Assembly (NCBI GenBank): GCA_008632985.1
Contig: QPGO01000053.1
Span: 248,001 to 312,000 of the forward strand
DNA length: 64,000 nt
Source of the DNA: Psammoneis japonica
Taxonomy: Eukaryota
Direction: 5' to 3'
Both the position numbers and the translations under genes were made by a program. Positions 10,276 to 22,035 of this stretch are shown here, in pieces. The notes beneath the pieces were generated by a model that was not told the DNA's origin, searched no databases, and saw only the letters and a program-made list of their open reading frames with translations. Numbering within the stretch: position 1 is the stretch's first letter; each line of letters begins with the position of its first letter.

Positions 10276-13016
10276 GGGGCACTCTGTGTGAAGTGGGGCA
10301 ATGAACGCATTTTGTGTTTGATGTCCACCCAAATGAAGAAAAGTTTGCAGCTCAATCACACCTCCCAACAACACTTGAAGCTTTAAAAAAATTGCCTGCC
10401 CCACACAACTCTGCAGACACATTGAAAAACTCTTGCTTCGTGTGAAACAATGATGTCAAAAGTTCCTGTTGAATGCATGACTGCAAATGACACAAAGCGC
10501 CACTGAAGTCACACAGAAATGTGCTCACACAACACATGACACATGACGAGACAGCATCAATGTCACAGTCCAGCAGTGCAAGGCCCCCTGCCTGGAGCTG
10601 GAGCATCAGATGAAGACTTCTGTGTGTGGCACCTTTTTGCTGCTGAAGAGTGTCTCTCTCTTGCATTGTTCACTGAGTTTTGCTGGAGAGTGTTTGCTCA
10701 CATTTTGATGTGATCACTCCTGGCTGACTGGCAAGAATGTTTGCATTCTCTGGAGCTTGAAGCATGCAGCCACAGCTGTGGATGGTGTTGGCTGCCACAC
10801 AGTCTCACTCCAACAATGTCCAGGAGCATTTTCATTGTTCTTGCCATGTGGTGCCCACTTTCATTGCCAACAAATTGACGGCACTGCTTGCAGCAATGCA
10901 TTTGTTCTCATTGCTGCTGAGAACATGGCATTGTCAAACTTTGCACACCAAGAAGGCAACCATGTCAGAGCACAGCGTGCAACAATGTGCTGCAACACTG
11001 AAGCTTGTTTTCAATTTTTGCAAAAACAATGGCACCATTTTTTTTTGTTTCAAAGTGTCATTGAAATGTGCTGCTCACATTTCAGCCATGCTTGCTGTGA
11101 TGCCATGTGTGCCTCTCATTTTTTGGATGGTCAAGCACACAGCCAACATTGACTTTGGCACGCAAGTGAAGTGCAGCTTTGCCAATTTCATTGCACAACT
11201 GCATGTGAGACAGAACTTGTTCATGCCTGCACTCAGCAACAATGTTCAAACAACCCTTTCTCCCCCACGTGCACACCAAGGGACAAGAAGCCATGTGTGT
11301 TTCCACACAAGCTGTCTCCAGAAGCTGCAAAGAAACCATGCATGTTTCCACTCATGCTCCACCCACCCTGCCACTTTGCTCTCTTCACCAACTCTCTTTT
11401 TGCAGAATTGTGTGCCACTTGATGCTGCATGTTCATTTTTTACATTTTTGCTGCTGCTGCTGCTGCTTGTGCGCAAAACTCCACACAACTTGCAGCAGCA
11501 CACTCCCCCCTCCCTCTCCCTTGTCAAGAGAGCATGCCACATGCACAGTGATGGCAACCTCTGTCCAGTGCAAGCAAGCAACTGTTGCAGGGTCCTCTGC
11601 CCACCATCTTTGTGGCACATGAATTTTCTTCTTGTCGTGCAATGCCCAGCCAACAAACAACAGCATCAACAACCAACCAGTGTCAGCAAACAATTTGCTT
11701 CTCTTCTTTTTTGCTGTGCCAGCAGTTTGACAACACAATGTGAGTGTGCAAGGTTTGCATTGTCAGCTGCTGGCAAAGGACACACTGCACTCTCTCACTG
11801 GTTTTTTGTCAGAGAATGTGTGTGGCTGAAAGTGTGGTGTTGCCTCTTTGTGGCCTGGCACACCTCATTGACCAGTGGTGTTTTGAGAGCCAGAACATTG
11901 GTGGTGCATGACTGCTTTTTGATGAGTGGCATCAATGGCACAGTGTGGCCAAGGAGTGGTGCCTTGAAAACAAGAGGATCCCCAAACCAAAGTGCCTCTG
12001 TCTTGAAAACAACCAAGGGCAATGCTTGCAAAGCTTTTTTCTCTGCAATCTCTTGCTGCTCTGGCATTTTTTAGTTTGGCAATGTGAGCAATGGACCGTG
12101 CTGTTGTGGGTCAATGACCACACCAACAGGAAAAGTGGTTTTGGGCACGCCACTCTCCAACAACATCCAAGACCTGCACACGCATGGCAAGCTCTGTTGC
12201 ACGACACACTGTCCTCCCATTTCAACATCAAGACAAAGCAAAACCTCCAAAGAAGAAGGCCTGGACTCCACAATGCTCAGCCAAAAAGGGGAGGCACAGC
12301 TGCACTGAAACACATGGGACCAAGTGCCTGGCACACTCAACCTCTCAAGAGAGAGGTCAAAGACTTTGTGATGGGCAGCCAAAACAAGAGCCATTTCTGG
12401 GTTCAAAATTTCTCTCACAAAACCTGACCTTTCAAGTGGGGTGGTGGCAGAAAAAGGTGCAGCACATGGTGGCTGATGTGAAAAAAACAGCAGGTGCCAA
12501 GCTGTTTTGACAAGCAAGATTGGGCAGGAACACAGGAAGACTGGGCAAAAACACTGTGGCTGGTTTGTCATTTTGGCTAAAAAAGGAAAACTGTTTTCAT
12601 GCTGACAACTGCAAAGAATGTGATGAGTGGCAAGCGTGTGTGCTGCCTCATCATTTAAAACAATTTTTGGGTGAGTTGCAGCTCACACTGCAGCCCTGTC
12701 TGTGGAGATGGAACCACAAAACAAGCAGAAATGAAAACAGCCCCAAAAGAAGAGCAAGCCAGGAGAAATCATGATCAGCGGAGACCACTGTCAGATGGAA
12801 GTGAGCTGGCAAGGTGCTGGCCCCTCCAAGAGCATCGAAGCCTGGAAAAAGAAGACAGCAAAACACAGAAGCAACAAGACAGCTGAGCTGGCAGCAGCAC
12901 AAGTGACAAACCTCTGAGCCTGGTGATTGTGAGGGAGAGGAGAGGGGGGCAAAAAAGCCACACAGCATGATGTGTCTGTTTCAGCTGCAAAACAAGGAGG
13001 GGGGCAGCAAAACAAA
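10276..13016. mobile_element. Degenerate repeat/TE block, TpA- and CpG-depleted (host of the young Copia; continues after 20123)
   Basis: Almost no TA or CG dinucleotides and a strong TG/CA excess. Family not recognisable. Confidence 0.6.
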
Positions 13017-13292
13017 TGACAGGATTTGAACAGGATTTGGATGCGCGCGAAGCATCGCGCGCTGTTTAGTTTACCGCGCACAGTTTTGTGTGCTTTAGTT
13101 CCGCGCGTTCACGCGCGATGTAGTTTGCTTTCGAGCCACAAGGCTCACAAGAACAATGACAGTAGCCCGATTGTGCCGACTTGCACGTCTTTCGGCTCCT
13201 GCAACGGTCTCTGAGCGGAGACTCATCTGCCATTTAGACAGCAGTAAGGAGTTATTGTTTGAATTCTTGCCATTTGCCTTCAGTTTCTATCA
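13017..13292 (+). repeat. 5' LTR of the young Copia
   Basis: Matches 19847-20122 with 7 substitutions. Confidence 0.97.
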
Positions 13293-14231
13293 GATTAACA
13301 GTCTTGCTCATTGTCAACCCATTGAGCAACCGCCATCGTCGTCGTTGATTTACCAACGACGCCATTTCAATTCTACGTGGACCTCCGTATATATTCTACA
13401 TACATCGGCAAGTCTACGCGCATTCAATACCAGGGCATCGGCAGGAAGTTAACGTCACCGTCAAGTCTCCTTACCGCTGGATATCTGGATTGATTATACT
13501 ACCTTTGATCGCTGAAGACATACATTCAACGGTCATATCCAAGTCTATCCTTGATCCTCATCCCTTGATATACCTGTTCATCGGTTAACGGTCAAGAACC
13601 CTACATATTCAAGGATCTTCGTCGCTGAAGACATGTGTATATATACATGTCTTCACGGCCAAGAACCTGTACCCACTCTTCGGACTGCGGTTTTGCTGCC
13701 ACTCTACAAGCACACCGAGTCCATTGTACCTGATCTACCCCGGACTACTGGTGCTCTACAGTTCTACTAGGTCCACGAGGACGACTGTGAGAGCAAGCAG
13801 CCGTGATTGCAGCCTGCGTTGGGGCGAGGGTGCTTTCCCGCGTTTGTTCGTTCGTCCACAGCGCCCAACGCCTACGTCAACTGGCCAGCCTGATCGGGAA
13901 ATCCAACCGACATAAAATAAGAACGGTTCGGGGGTCTTGTCCACCTCTAGTCAGCTTGCCTGCAGGGGTTTACAACCCGCCACTCCGCTCGCAAGCAACC
14001 CAAAGCGCCACTGGCTGCGGGTTCGGACGTGCCGGCACAACTCTACGGTCCGGATGGGAAGTTTAGCACTTGACAACGAACGGGATGACAAAGCCCGGCG
14101 ACTTCTGATTTTAAGATAGTTCAAGATTTCAAGTCAAGTCCACTTCAAGTCAAGTCCATTCTCACCCAAGTTTCGAGTCTACCTTCGCTTCCCAACCAGA
14201 GTTGATTGTCCTGACACCACTTTTGTCTGCC

Positions 14232-17200
14232 ATGGTTCTCACTCGTCAGCAACAAACCGATGGTTTTGAGCACGTTGTTGGAGCCGTGCTTGCCCAAGGT
14301 GCTGGGAGTCCTCTTCGTTTGGCTTTGGCCCAAGACGGCACGGACTCGCATCAGGAACTGTTCACGTTCACACCGTCCCAAATCGACTCGCTTGAGTGCG
14401 ACAACGGCACTGATGTAATCCCTTTGCCCCGTGGTTACAAGAACATGTTAGCAGCACTGGTCAGCCTGTACATTGTCAAAGCACACAAAGGTCTTGACGT
14501 TGCCAACGACTCCTCTTTGTTCACGCATGACGAGTTCCTTGCCTGCCGCCTCAGCCCGGACTGCATGTCCTCTCTGTCCATCGGCAGCTCACCCCTTGCA
14601 CCTCCACATGTCACCAACCCGACCAAGGCATGCGACCCGGTGCGAGACTTCAAGCAAGGCATCAAGCGTGATCCCACCGCTTTCACAGCTCTCAAATCCG
14701 ACAAGCAGTGGCACACTTGGCACACCTCACTTGTGGCACAAGCCCGTGCCCAAGACGTCAAGTGCATTCTAGACTCGTCGTACAAACCGACCAGCCCCGA
14801 AGACAAACTGCTCTTTGCTGAACAGCAAAAGTGCATGTTCGCCGTCTTTGAATGCATCCTTCTCACCGACAAGGGCAAGGCTCTCATTCGCGAAAATGTG
14901 GGGTCCTCTGACGCACAGACCGTCTGCCGCTCCTTGTCTGAGTGCGCGCTTGCCTCCACCCATGCATCTGTCGAGTCCTCCACCCTGCTCACGCACCTCA
15001 CCACCGCACGTCTTGGTGATGGCACTTGGAAAGGTCCGACCCACGGGTTCATCCTTCATTGGCAAGATCAGTTGCGCAAGTGCGAGGCACTCATCCCCGC
15101 CAGCGACCACTTCTCTGAAGGACAGAAGCGCGTCATGCTCGAGAATGCCGTGCACCCTGTCGAGGAACTCCGTGCTGTCAAGAACCAAGCTGATCAGCAT
15201 CGACGCAGAGTGGCAAGAGCCTCACATCGATCAATGCTGTGGCTTGCTCCTCTCCGCGGCAGCTCAGTACGACAGCACGTTTCAACCCAAGACGACACCT
15301 CGAGCTCCCCGACGCGCCACACACGCACACGACGTCTGCTCCGAGGAACCGTCCGACGATGTGTTCTACGACATTGACAGCGACGTTGACGTCCTTCAAG
15401 CCAATGCTGCCTGCGCCCGTGGTCCCAGCCTCACCGGTGTCCAATGGAGACGTCTCCCTCCCGACCACCAACGGCTCTGGGATTCGTTGCCCGATTCCTC
15501 CAAGGCGATCATCCTTGAGCACTCTCGTCCGCCTCCCCGCAACCCGCGAGCCAGTGACTGCCATGAGTCTGTTACGGCCAACCTTCACGACCAACACCTT
15601 GGGAGTGACGGTGATGTCAACTTGTCCAACACGACTCCTGCTGACTGTGGTGACTCCGCTGCACATGTGGACGCCATTTCGGATGATCCCATCCTGGCGC
15701 ACCTCACCAAGCGCAAGCCACTGCCACCCGGTGATCTGCAACGTCTGTTGTCTCCTAACCAAGCCCCCAATGCCAGTCGACCTTGGCCATCCGCCGCTTC
15801 CTCTACCCCGCCAGCTTCTGCAGATGACATGGAACTTAACGGCCGCACTTGCCGCCGCGTTGACAACCACAATGTCATTTGCTCTGCCTCTGCTCATCGC
15901 TCCACACGCACTGGCGCTCTAGTCGATCGTGGGGCCAACGGCGGCATTGCTGGTGACGACGTCCGCGTCATCGCACGCACCTCTCGCCAAGTCGACGTTC
16001 AGGGCATTGACGATCATCAATTGGTGGACATCCCCATTGTCACCGCTGGTGCCGTCATTGAGACCCAGCGTGGTCCCGTCATCGCCATCCTCCATCAGCA
16101 CGCATGCACGGGAAAGGGCAAGACCATCCATTCCTGCGGCCAGCTCGAATGGTGCAAACAGGATGTCAACGATCGCTCTGTCAAGGTGCCCAACGGCTTG
16201 CATCGCATTGCCACTCCTGATGGCTATGTCATCCCCATTGACATCAAGGCTGGCCTGCCTTGTGTTGCCATGCGACCTTACACTGACGCCGAATGGGACA
16301 CCCTGCCCCACGTCATCCTCACCGGTGATGACACATGGGACCCTTCCGTCCTCGATCACTCTGTCACTGACAATGACCAGTGGTACGACGCGATCTCTGA
16401 CCTGCAGGACGATCCCACTGCCAACCCATTTGACGAATGCGGCAACTGCCGTCACCGTGTCGTTGTCAACGAGACCATCTTGTCCGCTTCCTTGTCTGCC
16501 GATCACGCGTCCGCCCTCGATGATCACCTCATTCCGAACGACGACGTGTTCTACGAGTGTCATCTGCATGCGATTGACCCCAAGGGCGATGACGTTCCAC
16601 CTCCGGAGCGCACTGTACAGCCCAAGGACCCCCCCTTCGAGTCTCTTCGGCCTTGCTTTGGCTTCCTGCCTGCCGATGCGGTCCGTCGTACTTTTGACTG
16701 CACCACGCAGTGCGCCCGCATGCCCGCCGGCACACACCTTCGCAAGGCCTTCAAATCACCCAACCCCGCCCTTAATGTGCACCGTCGCAACGAGCCTGTC
16801 GCCACTGACACCGTTTGTGCCGACACCCCGGCCGTCGACTCTGGTTGCACCAGCGCCCAACTGTTTGTTGGCACCGAGTCTACCGTCACTGACGTCTACG
16901 GCACTGAGACGGACAAAGAGTTTGTCAACACACTCGAGGATCAGATCCGTGAACGTGGTGCCCCATCCAAACTCATTAGCGACCGTGCTCAAGTTGAGAT
17001 CAGCAACAAAGTGCTCGGGATCCTACGCGCCCTCTTCATCTCCAGCTGGCAAAGTGAGCCTCACCAGCAACACCAAAACTTTGCCGAGCGTCGACACCAG
17101 ACTGTGAAGCGCATGGCGAACACTGTCATGGACCGTTTTGGTTCGCCCGCCCACACATGGCTGCTGGCGCTCATGTGCGTGTGCTTCACACTCAACCATG

Positions 17201-19899
17201 CAGCGTCCCCACGTCTCCACTGGCGCACGCCCCTCGAGACTCTCACTGGATCCACCCCGGACATCAGCCCATTGCTTCGCTTTCACTGGTGGGAACCAGT
17301 GCACTTCCACCTCGATGACTCCAATTGGCCGTCCGAATCTCGTGAGTTGCGTGGACGCTTCGTTGGCATTGCTGAGCACGTCGGCCACCAGATGACCTTC
17401 AAGATTCTATCTGACGAGACTCAGAAGATCCTCTGCCGGTCCAACGTTCGCTCCGCCACCCCCGATCCTGCCGTTCGAAACCTGCGTCTTGATCCTCCTG
17501 ATGGGGAGCCACCTGAACCCATCATCAAATCTCGCCATGACGACAACCCCGTCGATTCTCCTGATGGGGAGATCAGGACACCCAAGATGCCAGTTTTCGA
17601 TCCGCAAGACATCATTGGACGTACCTTCCTCATGCAGCCACAAGAGGACGGACAACGCCACAGAGCTCGCATCGTCAAGGCCGTCGAAGACCACGAATGG
17701 AAAGTGAACGGCAATCCCGAGCTCACTAAGTTCGTCTGCTCTGTCAACAATGACGAATACGAGGAAGTCCTTGCCTGCAATGACATCATGAATCACATTG
17801 AGCAAGAAGACGAAGACACCACTGTTTGGAAATTTCGACGCATCGTGTCACACGAAGGCCCTCTGAAGCCTCACGACCCAACCTGGAAAGGCTCAAGCTA
17901 CAACATCATGCTTGAATGGGAAAGTGGGGAGATCACGTCCGAGCCTCTTGCCATCATCGCCAAGGACGACCCCGTCACCTGTGCCATCTATGCACGAGAG
18001 AACGGACTCCTCGACACGGATGGATGGAAGCGGTTCCGCACCATCGCGAGGCGCCAAAAGAAGCCATTTCGCATGGCCAACCAAGCCAAGCTTCGCTCCT
18101 TCCGCACTGCACCTCGCTACAAGCACGGATGCGAAGTTCCCCGGAACTACAAACACGCCATGTCACTGGACGAACGCAACGGCAACCGCAAGTGGGGAGA
18201 CGCAACTAATCTCGAGATGGACCAACTCGACGAATACGAAGTCTTCCATGACTGCGGGCCCTTCAAGTCTTCCACTCCTCCTGCGGGACACAAGAAGATC
18301 CGAGTGCACCTGGTGTACGACGTGAAACACGACGGTCGCCACAAGGCACGACTCGTAGCCGACGGGCACCTCACGGACGTACCTGTCGACAGTGTCTGCT
18401 CCGGAGTAGTCTCCCTTCGTGGCCTTCGGCTGATGATTTTCCTGGCCGAACTCAACGAGCTGGAGACATGGGCCACCGACATTGGCAATGCCCACCTTGA
18501 AGCCACCACCAAGGAGAAGCTTTACATTGTAGCTGGACCCGAATTTGGCAAACTCGAAGGACACATCCTTGTCATCCACAAGGCACTGTATGGACTCCGC
18601 AGCTCCGGTCTCCGCTGGCACGAGCGCTTCGCCGACTGCCTGCGAGCTGAAGGCTTCTTCCCCTGCCGCGCCGAACCCGACATTTGGATGCGCAGGAACG
18701 GCGACCACTGTGAATGCATTGCCGTTTATGTGGATGACCTCGCCATTGCCATGAAGGACCCTCAATCTTTCGTCGACACTCTCACGGAAAAGTGCAAGTT
18801 CAAGCTCAAGGGTGCGGGACCCATTGAGTTCCATCTGGGTTGCGACTTTTCCCGGGACCCCGACGGAACCTTGTGCCTGTCTCCGCGCAAGTACATCGAG
18901 CGCATGGTCGACAGCTGCGCCCGACTGTTTGGGGAGAAACCTGCCACCAACGCCCTGTCACCTCTAGAGAAGGGTGACCACCCCGAACTGGACACTTCCG
19001 AACTGCTGGGACCCGATGGCATTCACAAGTTCCAGTCTCTTGTTGGTTCACTCCAATGGGCAGTGTCCCTTGGTCGAATTGACATTACCACGGCCGTCAT
19101 GTCACTCTCTAGCTTCCGAGCTGCGCCCCGTCAAGGCCACTTGGATCGTGCCAAACGCGTCTGTGGGTGCCTCTCCAAGATGCGACACGGTGCTCTCCGC
19201 GTTCGCACGGAAGAGCCCGACCATTCGGATCTCCCTGCTCCGGCCTACGAATGGATGCATTCCGTGTACGGTGAAGCAGAAGAGATGATCCCGAAGGACG
19301 CTCCACCGCCCCTTGGCAAGTTCGTCACTGCCACCCACTACGTCGATGCAAACTTGTGCCATTGCATGCTCACCGGGCGCTCTGTCATGGGAATGCTCCA
19401 CTTCCTCAACAAATTCCCGGCTGATTGGTTCTCCAAGAAACAAGCCACCGTGGAGACTGCAACCTGCGGATCTGAATTTGTTGCCGCAAGGAATTGTGTT
19501 GAGCAGATTATCGACCTGCGCATCACCCTGCGCTGCCTTGGCGTCCCGATCCGTAATGTCAGTTACATGTTCGGTGACAACAAGTCGGTTGTAGACAGTG
19601 CCACCATCCCGCACTCCAAGTTACACAAGCGACACACCGCACTGTCGTTCCACCGTGTGCGTGAGGCAATTGCCTCTGGTTGCCTTGAGTTCCACTTCAT
19701 CGAAGGCTCCCGCAACCCTGCTGACATTCTCAGCAAGCATTGGGGTTACTCCCAAATCTGGGACCTTCTCCGACCCCTCATGTTCTGGAACTTCATTCCA
19801 TCCGAAGTCGAATCTGTTTCTGTGGCTCCTCAAGCAAACTGGGGAGTGACAGGATTTGAACAGGATTTGGATGCGCGCGAAGCATCGCGCGCTGTTTAG
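14232..19899 (+). pseudogene. Copia gag-pol polyprotein, frameshifted near 15200-15230 and hypermutated (Tyr->Cys/His)
   Basis: Gag DFKQGIKRDP; protease LVDRGANGG; integrase VATDTV..LISDRA..QNFAERR; RT KARLVADG, KALYGL, YVDD; RNase H HYVDA, GSEF, FGDN, NPADILSK. Confidence 0.93.
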
Positions 19900-20122
19900 T
19901 TTACCGCGCACAGTTTTGTGTGCTTTAGTTCCGCACGTTCACGCGCGATGTAGTTTGCTTTCGAGCCACAAGGCTCACAAGAATAACAACAGTAGCCCGA
20001 TTGTACCGACTTGCACGTCTTTCGGCTCCTGCAACGGTCTCTGAGCGGAGACTCATCTGCCATTTAGACAGCAGCAAGGAGTTGTTGTTTGAATTCTTGC
20101 CATTTGCCTTCAGTTTCTATCA
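19847..20122 (+). repeat. 3' LTR of the young Copia
   Basis: Follows the PPT; paired with 13017-13292. Confidence 0.97.
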
Positions 20123-20127
20123 ACAAA

Positions 20128-20151
20128 GAAGAAGAAGAAGAAGAAGAAGAA
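20128..20151 (+). repeat. (GAA)n microsatellite next to the insertion site
   Basis: About 8 GAA units directly after the TSD. Confidence 0.9.
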
Positions 20152-20949
20152 TGAGAGACCAGCTTCTGGCGGCAGTCTTGACAAAGTGAATTTTGCAGCA
20201 GCATGACAACACTGTGTGCCAGTGCAGCCGGCAAGCAGCACCAAGAGCTTGAGAGCACAGCTGCATTTGTTGTTGCAAGTTGCAGGCAGCTCCTTTTCAC
20301 GACACTCCTCAGCAGACATCAGCTGTAAAACATGCATGAAAACAGTGTCACACTGAGTTGGAAATGATTTTGAAAGCAACAAAACATCAAAATTCTAGCC
20401 AAAAAGTGCTGTTGTCCAAGCTTGCAGTGGCTTCTGAGGCAGGTGTTGGAAAAAGGTGGCTTTTGGTGCATCGGAGCAACAAGTTTTGAAGGGGCAAAAG
20501 AGGGGTGGGCAGCAGGAATCCTCACTGCAAAAAGAGCCAGTTTTCTAAAATGGTTGACTTGGGGTCATGTTTTGCACATCTGGCAAGATGGTGCAGCTTG
20601 AAAAGCTGCTCTTGGAGCACACAACAACATGCTGGGGGGCCATTCTTCTTCCAAGCAAAGACGTGATGTGTTTTGTGCAGGGGAAGAGCTGGTGTGGGCA
20701 CAAGTGAAAACAAACAGAAACTGACAGTGAGACAAAGGAGCACATGTGCAAAATGGAAAGAATGACTCTACACTGCATTGTGCTGCTGCTGTGCAAAAGG
20801 AACATCACACAGTTTTGTGGAACAATCAGAGGGTCCTCCATGGTGTTGGAAAGGGTTGATCTGGAGAAACATGTGGCGGGATTGTCGCGCGGAGTGCGCT
20901 TGGAGATGGAGAGAAAAAGGGCAGGCCAAAAGTGCAGACAGATGGTTGA

Positions 20950-21600
20950 GAGGAGGAGTTGGTGACAGTGGGATGGTGAAGAAGAAGAGCTTGGCATGTG
21001 GAAAGATGGTTGGAGAGAGCAAAGCCGAAGTTGAGGCTGAGGATTTGAGAGGCCCAGTCAGAGTTGAGGAGTTGCAGTGTGATGGGAGGAGCCAAAGCGG
21101 TCCAGTGAAAGTTGTTTCCAGGCCGCATTGGAGCAGGTGAGGAGGTCAGAAGGTGTGAGCAGTGAGTTGGTGAAAGTGGACAAGGGTGCTTGGCAGTTGG
21201 AAAGGGAGGGCGGGCTTGTCCAGGGCGGTTTTGGAGGAAGGGGGGTGGGATGGTGGAGGAGGATGTGGTGGAGATGCCGAAGAAAAAGAGACGTGGAAAT
21301 GACATCCGATTCTGCCAAGGCAGTCAAATGTAAAAGGAAGGAGAAAGAGCCCAGCTTGATTGACAGCGTCAATGATGTCGGGGCCATGGGTGGGTGGTGT
21401 GGAGCGTCCGAGAAGCTTGTCCCCCCATGTGCACACTGCTGAGGTGAGCCTTGTTTTTATGGGTTTTCAGGGACAGGCAAACCAGGTGCAGGAGGCGGCG
21501 GAGCTGGCGGTACAGTGACATCGATGACCAAGAATTGGTGGGTGGATGGGGCGTTTGGTGGTGTAGAACCAGGGATGAGTTGAACGGTGGGCTGGTCAGG
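20950..21600 (-). mobile_element. 3' fragment of a non-LTR retrotransposon with a restriction-like endonuclease (CRE/Ambal-like), degenerate
   Basis: Minus-strand fragments FLVIDVTVPP...KLLGRS..DIIDAVNQAGLFLLPFTFDCLGRIG...WASQILSLNFGFALSNHL resemble the PD-(D/E)xK RLE C-terminus. Frameshifted. Confidence 0.5.
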
Positions 21601-22035
21601 TCGGATGGAGTCGTCACGACAGAATGGTTGAAGCAATCGTGTTTTCTCGGATCATGTTAGTCCCGTTAAATCTGTTAAATATAAAGAACAATTATATAGA
21701 TAGCTTCTGTTCTTGATGACATGTGCCAGCTATTTAAAAATTCATTGAGATAGATTATATTATGAAACCTCTTTTTATGTCCAGTTCTGAAAGCATAAGT
21801 AGCCGTAGTCATTTCTGCTGAAGAGATCTTAACAATCGTCGGAAAAGCGACGCGGACTTCGATTTATGGCGGGAAGAAATGAAACATTTAACAAATGGTC
21901 ATTTTTCAAATGTCTGTTGCGAATGCCTTGGGTCCGAAGCACTCTAGTCTATCCCCGCCTCACCTTTTCGCCGTTGCCGTTCACAAAAAAAGAATGTCAA
22001 GAAAAGAATTAAAACATCGACTATCGAAAGAAACG

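Larger units (their letters stand above)
13017..20122 (+). mobile_element. Full-length Ty1/Copia LTR retrotransposon (CoDi-I-like), young
   Basis: 276-bp LTRs at 13017-13292 and 19847-20122 (TG...CA); TSD ACAAA at 13012-13016 and 20123-20127; PPT AACTGGGGAG; domain order gag-PR-IN-RT-RNaseH. Confidence 0.97.

Noticed and set aside
14232..19899. Alternative genetic code (TGC/CAC read as Tyr)
   Set aside because: Host genes in the window use TAY for Tyr and TGY/CAY normally, some TAC codons survive in the element, and non-coding DNA is affected too.
13017..20122. ADAR-type RNA editing fixed by reverse transcription
   Set aside because: Changes occur on both strands and differ between the two LTRs, which would be identical after reverse transcription.
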